From: an uncultured archaeon
GTDB taxonomy: Archaea > Asgardarchaeota > Thorarchaeia > Thorarchaeales > Thorarchaeaceae
DNA length: 32,000 bases
Reading direction: 5' to 3'
Assembly (NCBI GenBank): GCA_964354495.1
Contig: CAYHAA010000012.1
Location: forward strand, 30,001 to 62,000
The first letter of the stretch is position 1; the number at the start of each line of letters is the position of its first letter. The translations under genes and the position numbers were made by a program. This document shows, piece by piece, positions 16,828-25,272 of the stretch. The notes under the pieces were generated by a model that saw only the letters and a list, made by a program, of their open reading frames with translations, had not been told where the DNA came from and did no database searches.

Positions 16828-19800
16828 ATGGTCCGCAAGTCAACCAAGAAATCAGAACCGAAGGCCAAGCCAACAGATGTCCTAGTCATTGGAGGAGGCA
16901 TGGCGGGAATCAATGCCTCTCTGAGTCTTGCCAACGGCGGTCATCATGCCCACATAATTGAGAAGAAAGTGAACATTGGTGGGAACTATGTGGCCATCTA
17001 CAAGATATTCCCCGCCTTGGAATGCTCAGCCTGTGTTATGACGCCTCTCACATCCTTTGTTGGCAAACATCCCAACATCACTATCCATCCACTATCGACC
17101 GTTGAAAAGGTGACCGGAGAAGAGGGCGACTTCACAGTCACGATTCGTAGGAAGGCTCGCTATGTCAATGCGGACAAATGCACTGGTTGTCAGTTGTGTA
17201 TTCGTTCCTGTCCAGTCGAAGTGCCCAATGAGTACGACAAGGGACTCTCTCTCCGGAAAGCGATCTACATGAACTTTCCGCAACAGATTCCGCTGATTGC
17301 AACGATTGACAGAAACGCGTGTATTGGCTGTGGAACATGTGCATCAGTCTGTCCGCAGGACTGTATCAAATACGATGATGAAGACGAAGTATACGACCTC
17401 CATGTTGGTTCCATCATTGTGGCCACTGGATTCGAGGAGTATAGACCGTTGGACTATGGAGAATATGGTTACGGTGTCTTTTCAAACGTAGTGACCTCAA
17501 TGGAGTATGATCGACAGACACATCCTACTGGACCTACTGACTCACACATTGTGCGTCCGTCAGATGGGAAGGAACCAGGGCGTATCCTGTTTGTAAACTG
17601 CGTAGGAAGTAGAGATGTAAGAGAGAATATCAGTGGATACAGCGCGCACTGCAATAGAGTCTGCTGCTCATTCGGATTAAAACTGGCACAAGTGACTCGA
17701 ATGCACTATCCAAAGGACCACTGCGAGATAATCTATACATACATGGACATGCGAACAGCTGGAAAGGCACTTGAGGAGTTCCTATGGGACTCTGAGAAGA
17801 ATCGGGGCATCAAATTCATTCGAGGTAGGGTCTCCCAGGTTCAGGAAGATCCCGACACACGTGACCTGTATGTCAAGATGGAGGACACAGACTTAGGCAA
17901 AATCATCGAACTCGACAAGATCTCCATGGTCGTTCTCAATGCCAGCTTCAGGCCCAGCGAAGGTGTTGAAGAACTGGCGAAGACGCTCCGGATTGACCTC
18001 GATGAAGCTGGATGGATAAAGGAGAAGCACGCGAATGCATCTGCACTTGAGACTAATCGTGCAGGCATCTTTGTTGCTGGTTGTGCCCATGGTCCAAGGG
18101 ATGGCACAGACAGTGTCAATGAGGGGAAAGGAGCCGCAATGGCTGCTCAATCGATCCTGCCAGTTCCAGTTCCAGAGCCAAAACCGGAGATTCCTCCTGC
18201 ATTCATCAGCGATGAGCCACGTGTGGGCGTCTTCATCTGCCACTGCGGTGGAATCATCGGGAATGAGATAAGTTCACCAGGTCTTGCAGAGTGGGCAAAG
18301 GGCTTGCCGAACGTGGCATATGCTACTGATTATATCTTCATGTGCAGTGACCCCGGTCAGCAACTTGTGACCAAAGCAATCAAGGAGCATAAGCTCAACC
18401 GTGTGGTAGTAGGATCCTGTTCACCATTGCAGCACGAGTCAACCTTCAGAAGAGCCCTACAGGCTGCAGGTCTCTCAGGATACTACTTGGTGGGTCCAGT
18501 CGGCCTACGAGAGCATCTCGCACTGGTCCATGTGAATGAGGACCCTGAAGTAAGGCAAGAGAAAGCTCAAGATATGATACGGAGCGCTGTTGCCAAGGCC
18601 GTCAATAACGAGATTGTTCCGTCAAAGAGCGTCAAGGTGACTCCTGTGTCGATGGTTGTTGGGGGAGGAGTTTCTGGTATGACAGCAGCTCTTGATATTG
18701 CACGAAAGGGTTTTGATGTAATTCTCGTTGAGAAGCTAGACAGACTCGGTGGTAGGCTAAATGAGCTATGTCAGCTCTTCCCTGCATTGGATTCTGCAGA
18801 AGACATTGTAAAAGACCTTACTAGCAGGACTAAGAAGAACAAGCGCATACAGGTCCTCTTGGACTCGAAAGTTGTTGCGCGAGCTGGGTCGTATGGAAAC
18901 TATGACATTACGGTAGAAAACACCAAGACAGGTGAAAAGACCATTCATCGCATTGGCTCGATGGTAATAGCTGTAGGGACAGATGTCTATGAACCAAAGC
19001 AAGGCGAGTATGGATGGGGTGTTGTTCCCGGTGTGATTTCGACGCTCGAACTTGAGCGGCGATTGAGGAATGGTGAGTTGAAGAGACCACCAAAGAATCC
19101 TGTGTTCATTCATTGCGTGGGATCACGACAGAATCCTGGTGAAGGCAACCGATACTGCTCAAGGGTATGCTGCTCAGCTACAATTGCTATGCAGCACGAA
19201 TTGAAGGAGATGTTTCCTGATATCAGGATGTTTTCAGCCTTCAAGGAGCACATACGTCCGTACGCGAAGGGTATGGAAGAGATGTGGCGTGAGAATAGGC
19301 AGAAGGGAGTGATCTATCTCCGCTGGGAACGTGAGAAACCTATTACGGTCGAAAAGGATCCTGACAGTGATTCTGCAATTGTCACAGTCTACGACACATT
19401 TTCACAGGAAAACCTCAGAATCAAATCAGAGATGGTCGTTTTGGCTCTTGGGCTCGAAGCACCGCACGATATTGATCAGTTCGTGAAGGCGATGGGCATC
19501 AACCGGGGTCAGGACGGTTTCTTGGCAGAGATGCATATGAAATACAAACCGGTCGAGACCACAGTACCGGGTGTCTTTCTTGGTGTCACTTATGCTAAGA
19601 ATGTTGGAGACTCCATAAACCAGGCTCGCGGAGCTGCAAGTGAGGCATGCATACCGCTGAACCTAGGTACTGTGGAGATTGAGCTCCTAACAGCAGAGGT
19701 CGATCAAGACCTGTGTGTTGGCTGTGATCTCTGCCATTATTCGGAAATCTGTCCGTATGACGCAATCTCGATGATGGAGATTAAACCTGGTGTCAAGAAG

Positions 19801-19932
19801 AGCGTCACCGATGAGATGCGGTGCGAGGGATGTGGCGCATGTTGTGCGATCTGTCCCACTGGAGCACGTGATCTTCGCTGGTGGCGAGAAAAGAGCATCC
19901 TCAACGAGACAGAAGAAATGTTGAGAGAGTGA
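16828..19932 (+). CDS. hdrA: Second tandem heterodisulfide reductase subunit A-like protein (no MvhD fusion)
   Basis: GGGMAG and GGGVSG FAD motifs, KIFPALECSAC, CVGSRD...CNRVCC, CHCGG/GSCSP/LREH, two 2x[4Fe-4S] domains. ATG 16828 preferred over GTG 16759, which lies upstream of the TATA-like box. Confidence 0.93.
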   Translation: MVRKSTKKSEPKAKPTDVLVIGGGMAGINASLSLANGGHHAHIIEKKVNIGGNYVAIYKIFPALECSACVMTPLTSFVGKHPNITIHPLSTVEKVTGEEGDFTVTIRRKARYVNADKCTGCQLCIRSCPVEVPNEYDKGLSLRKAIYMNFPQQIPLIATIDRNACIGCGTCASVCPQDCIKYDDEDEVYDLHVGSIIVATGFEEYRPLDYGEYGYGVFSNVVTSMEYDRQTHPTGPTDSHIVRPSDGKEPGRILFVNCVGSRDVRENISGYSAHCNRVCCSFGLKLAQVTRMHYPKDHCEIIYTYMDMRTAGKALEEFLWDSEKNRGIKFIRGRVSQVQEDPDTRDLYVKMEDTDLGKIIELDKISMVVLNASFRPSEGVEELAKTLRIDLDEAGWIKEKHANASALETNRAGIFVAGCAHGPRDGTDSVNEGKGAAMAAQSILPVPVPEPKPEIPPAFISDEPRVGVFICHCGGIIGNEISSPGLAEWAKGLPNVAYATDYIFMCSDPGQQLVTKAIKEHKLNRVVVGSCSPLQHESTFRRALQAAGLSGYYLVGPVGLREHLALVHVNEDPEVRQEKAQDMIRSAVAKAVNNEIVPSKSVKVTPVSMVVGGGVSGMTAALDIARKGFDVILVEKLDRLGGRLNELCQLFPALDSAEDIVKDLTSRTKKNKRIQVLLDSKVVARAGSYGNYDITVENTKTGEKTIHRIGSMVIAVGTDVYEPKQGEYGWGVVPGVISTLELERRLRNGELKRPPKNPVFIHCVGSRQNPGEGNRYCSRVCCSATIAMQHELKEMFPDIRMFSAFKEHIRPYAKGMEEMWRENRQKGVIYLRWEREKPITVEKDPDSDSAIVTVYDTFSQENLRIKSEMVVLALGLEAPHDIDQFVKAMGINRGQDGFLAEMHMKYKPVETTVPGVFLGVTYAKNVGDSINQARGAASEACIPLNLGTVEIELLTAEVDQDLCVGCDLCHYSEICPYDAISMMEIKPGVKKSVTDEMRCEGCGACCAICPTGARDLRWWREKSILNETEEMLRE

Positions 19933-19933
19933 C

Positions 19934-20509
19934 ATGATGGTCTCATTGGATGGTCTTCTTGCAGGGTGGATGGTCTTGAATGACCTATTGGGAGCTTTGA
20001 AGGAGAGAGATGTCTTCATCCCTGACTTGACTTTTGCTGACCTTCGAAACTCAAAGATGAGCATCGAGTATCTTCGTTCCTTTGGGAATGAGCTGAGATC
20101 AGAAGGTCAATGCGATGCTGACACCCAACTTCAGATTGAGATGGAAAACAAGATGCAACGACTTCGAAGTACACTCATGGTCTGGGCAGAGGAAAATGGG
20201 GGCGTCAAATACCGGAAGACTTGGGAAGCAAGATTTAACGCAGCAATGGAGGGCAAGAGTCAGAAGTACAAGCCTGAGCCACAAGTGCCAATCTCAGACA
20301 TACCGAGGGACAAGCAAGTAGACTTCTTTCGTATCAGACTTCCAGAGGATGTTCCAGTAGAGGTTGTCTCTGAGATTGCAGAGGACTGCGGAGTGAATAT
20401 TTCGCTAGATGGGGAACGGTATCTACAAGTCAGTGGGAAGAAAGACTGCATTCGAGATGCAATGAAGAAGCTTGGTCAGGTCTTCTACGGTGAAAGCAGA
20501 ATGAAATAG
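19934..20509 (+). CDS. DUF2096-like archaeal protein
   Basis: W.VL.DL...LKE...IP...DLR..K N-terminus and IPR...FRI.LPED...YLQVSGKK C-terminus match my recollection of the archaeal DUF2096 family; starts 1 nt after the hdrA stop. Confidence 0.65.
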   Translation: MMVSLDGLLAGWMVLNDLLGALKERDVFIPDLTFADLRNSKMSIEYLRSFGNELRSEGQCDADTQLQIEMENKMQRLRSTLMVWAEENGGVKYRKTWEARFNAAMEGKSQKYKPEPQVPISDIPRDKQVDFFRIRLPEDVPVEVVSEIAEDCGVNISLDGERYLQVSGKKDCIRDAMKKLGQVFYGESRMK

Positions 20510-20621
20510 TCTTTTGCTGGAGCCTGCGTTGCCACCTCGGTATGATGAAATCCTAACATCGTCGGTCAAGCCAGTCATAAAATATAACTTGTCCTTTGTG
20601 AATTGGCACCACGGTGTCGGA

Positions 20622-20954
20622 ATGACAAAAGAAAAGATACTGGCGCAGCTGAAATCTCTTGGAGACCGATTTAAGGATCCCAAGATACAACGCAGGTTCG
20701 AGGGCTATAACAAGACTGTCCAATTCATCTTTCCTGATATAGACTTGAAGGTATACATGAAAATCGGGGATGCCAAGCTCGAGCAGATTGCGGAGGGAGA
20801 GATAGACTCGCAACTGAAGGTGACAATGGACACAAGTGTCTTCTTAGGAATAATGAACAAGACCGAGAGCCCAATGTCTGCCTATTCATCTGGCAAGCTG
20901 AAGACTGTGGGTGAGGTTCCAGACCTCCTCAAACTCCAGAAGTTGCTTGTATAG
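20622..20954 (+). CDS. SCP2 sterol/lipid-binding domain protein
   Basis: 110 aa; ends in the SCP2-type signature LKVTMDTSVFLGIM...PMSAYSSGKLKTVGEVPDLLKLQKLL. TATA-like AAATATAA near 20580. Confidence 0.8.
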   Translation: MTKEKILAQLKSLGDRFKDPKIQRRFEGYNKTVQFIFPDIDLKVYMKIGDAKLEQIAEGEIDSQLKVTMDTSVFLGIMNKTESPMSAYSSGKLKTVGEVPDLLKLQKLLV

Positions 20955-20963
20955 CACATTGCG

Positions 20964-21341
20964 CTATAGCTCTGCAACGCTCTTGGCATTCTGAGGATGT
21001 GCTATGGACTCTTCTTCCATCGCTGCAGCAACGAGCTCCCGCATCTTCAGCAACTGTGCTCTTACGCGCTCAGCACCCTCCTGGGTGATTACGACTATTG
21101 TGGTGGGCTTGAGTTCAACAAAGCGCTTCGAGATTCTAATTAGCCCGAGTGATTCAAGCTTCCGCAAATGACTTGACAAGTTCCCAGATGTGAGATTCAA
21201 GGTCTTTTGCAGGTCGGTGAATTTGGCTTTCTGTGTGAAATATAGGTATGAGAGGATAGAGAGTCTTGCTGGGACGAAAGTCTCACGGTCTTCTTCCATG
21301 AGACCAACCAGTGCACCCAGAATACTCCCATCAATGCTCAC
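20964..21341 (-). CDS. Winged-helix transcriptional regulator (ArsR/MarR-like, HTH_34 type)
   Basis: PARLSILSYL...FTDLQKTLNLTSGNLSSHLRKLE..GLI...K.F...PTT...T..G. GTG start overlaps the upstream TAG. Confidence 0.85.
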   Translation of the reverse strand: MSIDGSILGALVGLMEEDRETFVPARLSILSYLYFTQKAKFTDLQKTLNLTSGNLSSHLRKLESLGLIRISKRFVELKPTTIVVITQEGAERVRAQLLKMRELVAAAMEEESIAHPQNAKSVAEL

Positions 21342-22042
21342 TACTTTTCCCGCCCAACACTCTCCAAGAGAAGACGTTCTGCAGTTATGAGCATGTAAAT
21401 ACCAAGGAAGAAGATTCCCCCTATATCTACTAGAATAAGGATATAGAAGGCAATACCTGGAAATACAACAATGGGTATGATGCTCATCAAGACCGCTGCT
21501 GCATAGTAGAGAGATTCGTTGGCGGTCGAGCCGGATACAGGATACCTCTTGGCCTCTCGGTAGTTCTCAACATTTCCAAAGAACAGGAGCGCCTGCATAC
21601 ACGGAGAAAAAAGCTCCGGATGCTCGGTCCCGAATGTAAGCATTGACATCACAATGATCAGTATCACGATGATGGCCCAGGATACTTTCATCTCACGGCT
21701 CATTTCTGTACTCTCTCCCTCAGGCCGGGGATACGCTTTCATCAGCGGGATTACTAGCCTGAAGGAGATTGCCCAGGCAATGAAGAGATTCACTGCGATG
21801 AAAAGCAGATTGACCCATAGATTGGATCCTAGTTCTCCTGTCTGTCCCACTATGCCAATGAATAGGAGCCCAGAGAATGAGATTGCTCCTCCTATTAACA
21901 CGTAGATGATTCCACTCACTCTGCGAGAAACGACTTGTGGGTACTTGTCAACAATAGCTGTAAGCTCCAGTAGTTGTCTGGCCTGGTTGAGGATATCATC
22001 CGAAGTCTTTTCTCCGGCTTTTTCATTCTCTGCACTAGTCAT
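21341..22042 (-). CDS. Multi-pass membrane protein of unknown function
   Basis: About six hydrophobic segments. ATG 22042 with a GAGGTG RBS at 22049-22054; the longer ORF to 22294 runs through the terminator and the ABC gene. Confidence 0.7.
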   Translation of the reverse strand: MTSAENEKAGEKTSDDILNQARQLLELTAIVDKYPQVVSRRVSGIIYVLIGGAISFSGLLFIGIVGQTGELGSNLWVNLLFIAVNLFIAWAISFRLVIPLMKAYPRPEGESTEMSREMKVSWAIIVILIIVMSMLTFGTEHPELFSPCMQALLFFGNVENYREAKRYPVSGSTANESLYYAAAVLMSIIPIVVFPGIAFYILILVDIGGIFFLGIYMLITAERLLLESVGREK

Positions 22043-22140
22043 ACGCAACACCTCGTTGGCTCTGTATGCACTTCCGTCATACACTTTCTGCGTATTAAGT
22101 ATGAGTAGTTCGGTGTTCAAAATAACGCTGAAGAATTTCG

Positions 22141-22181
22141 AAAAAAAGAGGAGTGGCGCTGGCGTGATTCCAGCACCACTC
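22141..22181 (-). terminator. Hairpin plus U-tract terminator after the ABC-2 permease
   Basis: Minus strand GAGTGGTGCTGG-AATCACG-CCAGCGCCACTC (12 bp with one U.G pair), followed by CTC and T7. Confidence 0.7.
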
Positions 22182-22200
22182 GATACGTGATATTGACACT

Positions 22201-23367
22201 TTACCTGAGATGCTTTCCGCGTTTCTCGAAGAGAATGACTCCAAATGCCAAGATTGCGATGCCAGCAATCAATACGACTGCCAGGTCTATCCAAATTGAT
22301 AGTGTAGAAACCGGAGCACCTCTAAGAAAGAGTGTATTCAAGGCTTGGGTGACGTAGTTACTGGGCATGAAGGCTGCGATAGTTTCTGAAACACCTCCGA
22401 GCGGCATGAATGTGCCAAAGAACATCATCGGCATTATGAAGATGAAAGCTACACCCGTAGCGATATCTGCCGATTTTGAGATCGTGGCTGTCACTAGGCC
22501 CAATCCAACGCAACTCAGGGAGAATGCCAAGACAATCGCGAAGGCGAACACGAGTCCAAGCAGATCAGTCGCTGGTCTGTATCCAATCGCGAAGGCCGAT
22601 GCAAACACGACGACTACTTGCCCTGTGACAACTATCAGGTTGGATAGTATCTGACTGATCATATACTCACCTGATGTAACGGGGGTCGTGGCCAGACGCT
22701 CCAACACACCACCATCTCTGTCCATAGTCATTGACTGCGCCACGGAAGTGATGGTGAATATCACTGCGAAGGCGAAGATGCCCGGCGCCATATAGTCCCA
22801 GGTTGTGAGTGTGCTTGTTTCAATCATTGAGGGATTGCCTATCTCGATAGGAAGATCCAAGGACATGGCTGTTTCTCCGAACAGTGTGGTGAGCAATACC
22901 TGCTGAACCATTGGAGGTATGGCACTACCTGCAATCATGGATGCACTATCTACGTATAGACTCACAGTGACATTACTCCATTGAGTTGAGTCCAGAGGTG
23001 CATTCCAATAGGACACACAACTATCACCAAAACCTTCAGGAACTATGATGAGTGCGTCAAGATTGCCATTCAGTAGGTCAACTTGAGCTGTTTCGTTACT
23101 ATCATAGTAGTGGACAGTCATACCATTGAGGCCTGTAAGGTTGCTCGCAAAGTTTGTTCCCCATGTAGGATTATCAGATGATGCATCCATATTCACAAGG
23201 GCCACATCAAAACTGACTGTTCCTGATGTGCCAATGCCGCCAAATGCCATTCCAAAGACAAGAGTGATCATCAAGGGAAACAGCAACAGGAGGAACAGGA
23301 TTGCTGGCTCTCTGACAGACTTCTTGAGGTCCTTCTTCACAAGTACCAAGATTGTCCGCATATTCAT
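22201..23367 (-). CDS. ABC-2 type exporter permease
   Basis: N-terminal TM, large extracytoplasmic loop, YMAPGIFAF, ERLATTP, FFGTFMPL...FMPSNYVTQAL; five C-terminal TM helices. Confidence 0.9.
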   Translation of the reverse strand: MNMRTILVLVKKDLKKSVREPAILFLLLLFPLMITLVFGMAFGGIGTSGTVSFDVALVNMDASSDNPTWGTNFASNLTGLNGMTVHYYDSNETAQVDLLNGNLDALIIVPEGFGDSCVSYWNAPLDSTQWSNVTVSLYVDSASMIAGSAIPPMVQQVLLTTLFGETAMSLDLPIEIGNPSMIETSTLTTWDYMAPGIFAFAVIFTITSVAQSMTMDRDGGVLERLATTPVTSGEYMISQILSNLIVVTGQVVVVFASAFAIGYRPATDLLGLVFAFAIVLAFSLSCVGLGLVTATISKSADIATGVAFIFIMPMMFFGTFMPLGGVSETIAAFMPSNYVTQALNTLFLRGAPVSTLSIWIDLAVVLIAGIAILAFGVILFEKRGKHLR

Positions 23368-23368
23368 T

Positions 23369-24115
23369 CTAGACCGCCTCCCTCAGATTCTTTCCTGTAA
23401 GCTTGATGAAGACCTCTTCCAAGTCTGCCGCTCCGTACTCCTCCATCAGCTCTTTGGGAGTCCCGAGTGCGATGAGTCTGCCCTTGTCAATGATACCCAC
23501 TCTATCGCAGAGTTCCTCTGCTTCCTCCATATAGTGAGTTGTGAGAATCAGCGCCATTCCATTACTCTTGAGTTCCCTGATGAAGTCCCAGACAACTCGA
23601 CGAGAAACAGGGTCCATCGCAACAGTTGGCTCATCCAACAGGGCAACCTTTGGACTGTGGATGAGTGCCATGAGAGTGCTGACTCGGCGAATCATGCCGC
23701 CGCTGTACTCCTTGGCACGTCTGTCAGCGTCGTCCTCCAGTCCGATTCTCTTGATGAGGTCATCCACTCGTGTCTTGAGGTCCTCTCTTCTAACAGAGTG
23801 AAACTCCCCATAGATCTCGATATTCTCTCTTCCTGTGAGGAAGGGATAGAATGCCGGTTCCTGTGGGCAGACACCTATGAGTCTTCGAACGCTTACGTTT
23901 TCCTTCACGACATCAAAACCTCCTACTTCCGCTGACCCCCCATCAGGCTCAAGCAGAGTGCTGAGGACTCTGATTATCGTTGTCTTTCCAGCTCCGTTCG
24001 GTCCAAGTAGACCAAAGAGCTCTCCCCAGCCTATCTCAAGGCTGAGATCATCGACCGCGGTTATTTCACCAAACCGCTTGGTCAGATTATTGATAACAAT
24101 CGCAGATTCAGACAT
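23369..24115 (-). CDS. ABC exporter ATP-binding subunit (DrrA/NodI-like)
   Basis: Walker A GPNGAGKT, signature YSGGM, Walker B LLDEPT, switch TTHYMEEAE. Confidence 0.95.
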   Translation of the reverse strand: MSESAIVINNLTKRFGEITAVDDLSLEIGWGELFGLLGPNGAGKTTIIRVLSTLLEPDGGSAEVGGFDVVKENVSVRRLIGVCPQEPAFYPFLTGRENIEIYGEFHSVRREDLKTRVDDLIKRIGLEDDADRRAKEYSGGMIRRVSTLMALIHSPKVALLDEPTVAMDPVSRRVVWDFIRELKSNGMALILTTHYMEEAEELCDRVGIIDKGRLIALGTPKELMEEYGAADLEEVFIKLTGKNLREAV

Positions 24116-24273
24116 TGTATTTCACCTGTGTATGGCTGCACAGAATGCTTATAATACGTCGACAATCTTTGAACGACATTGTAGTCTGCGCGGCAAACTG
24201 CCAACAAGTTTCCCAATCAACGTTTAAAGGGCAGAATCGTATATCTCTTGAATTGCATCAGAGGTGGTATGAT
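24116..24273. promoter_or_regulatory. Divergent promoter region
   Basis: Minus strand TATTATAAG (24148-24156) with RBS AGGTGAA; plus strand TTTAAA (24223-24228) with RBS GAGGTGG (24261-24267). Confidence 0.5.
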
Positions 24274-25272
24274 ATGAGAGTCCTCATAACTGCTCCTTTT
24301 TCTGAATCCGGCCTGAAACGACTACGTGATGAGGGACTGGAAGTCGATTATCGTAGTTGGCTTGAAACAGGCAAGCTCCATATGGGTGACTCGCTCCTCA
24401 AAACACTCAGAGAAGGAAAGTATGACATCGTAGTCGTCGAGGGAGATGAAATCAAGGAACCAGTACTTGAGCAGACCACGCTCAAGCTTGTCGGATCTGT
24501 CCGAGGATCCCCCAATAACATCTCAATCAGCACAGCAACAGCGAAGGGAATTCCGGTCATTGCTGTACCAGGTAGAAATACTACAGCAGTCGCCGAGCTA
24601 GCCATTGCATTGATGCTCAGTCAAGCTAGGAAAATCAACGCAGCAGAGCGTCTGCTCAAGAATGACTTCTTCGTCAATGACTTCAAAGACTTCGCGGGAA
24701 TGTACACTAGGCTCACTGGCTTTGAGTTGAATGGCAGAACTGTTGGAATCATCGGTCTAGGGAATATCGGCTTCGAAGTTGCGAAACGGCTTGTTTCCTT
24801 TGGTGTAAAACTCTTGGTCTTTGACCCCTATGTGGCCAAAGAGCGCATGTATGCAGTAGGCGCAAAGTCTGTGAGTCTTGACACCCTTCTTAGCCAATCC
24901 GATATTGTGACTGTCCACTGTGCACCAACAGAGGAAACGCAAGGAATGTTGGGCGAAAGGGAATTTGGTCTGATGAAGAAGACTGCTATCTTCATCAATA
25001 CTGCAAGAGCATCGGTCACAGACGAAGATGCACTTCTCAAAGCATTGAAGGCTGGAACTATTGCAGGTGCCGGATTAGATGTGTTCTCCATGGAGCCGGT
25101 TGACTGTGATAATGCGTTTCTGGAATTGGATAATGTCACTGTCATGCCTCATATGGGAAGCAACACGGTGGAAACAATAGAACGACAGTCAAAGATTATC
25201 GCCGAGGACATCATTGCGTTTGCTCGGGGAAAGCGACCAAAGAATATTCAGAATCGGGAGGTGTACGAATAG
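24274..25272 (+). CDS. D-isomer-specific 2-hydroxyacid dehydrogenase family protein (YoaD-like)
   Basis: GRN..AVAE, GIIGLGNIG Rossmann motif, NTARA, GLDVFSMEP, MPHMG. No ACT domain, so not a full SerA. N-terminus VLITAPF.E.G...Y.SW.E.G resembles B. subtilis YoaD as recalled. Confidence 0.85.
   Translation: MRVLITAPFSESGLKRLRDEGLEVDYRSWLETGKLHMGDSLLKTLREGKYDIVVVEGDEIKEPVLEQTTLKLVGSVRGSPNNISISTATAKGIPVIAVPGRNTTAVAELAIALMLSQARKINAAERLLKNDFFVNDFKDFAGMYTRLTGFELNGRTVGIIGLGNIGFEVAKRLVSFGVKLLVFDPYVAKERMYAVGAKSVSLDTLLSQSDIVTVHCAPTEETQGMLGEREFGLMKKTAIFINTARASVTDEDALLKALKAGTIAGAGLDVFSMEPVDCDNAFLELDNVTVMPHMGSNTVETIERQSKIIAEDIIAFARGKRPKNIQNREVYE

Noticed and set aside
11817-19932. Possible selenocysteine in HdrA/MvhD, as known from Methanococcales and Lokiarchaeia
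   Set aside because: Both HdrA frames and the MvhD domain are uninterrupted with Cys at the motif positions; no in-frame TGA.
23126-23935. Long antisense ORFs in the track (e.g. 23126-23935, 8620-9366, 25734-26375, 13542-14042)
   Set aside because: They lie opposite well-supported genes and have no motifs; typical shadow ORFs.
24274-25272. Annotation as serA (phosphoglycerate dehydrogenase)
   Set aside because: No ACT domain, and the context is a sugar kinase/aldolase operon; only a family-level call is justified.
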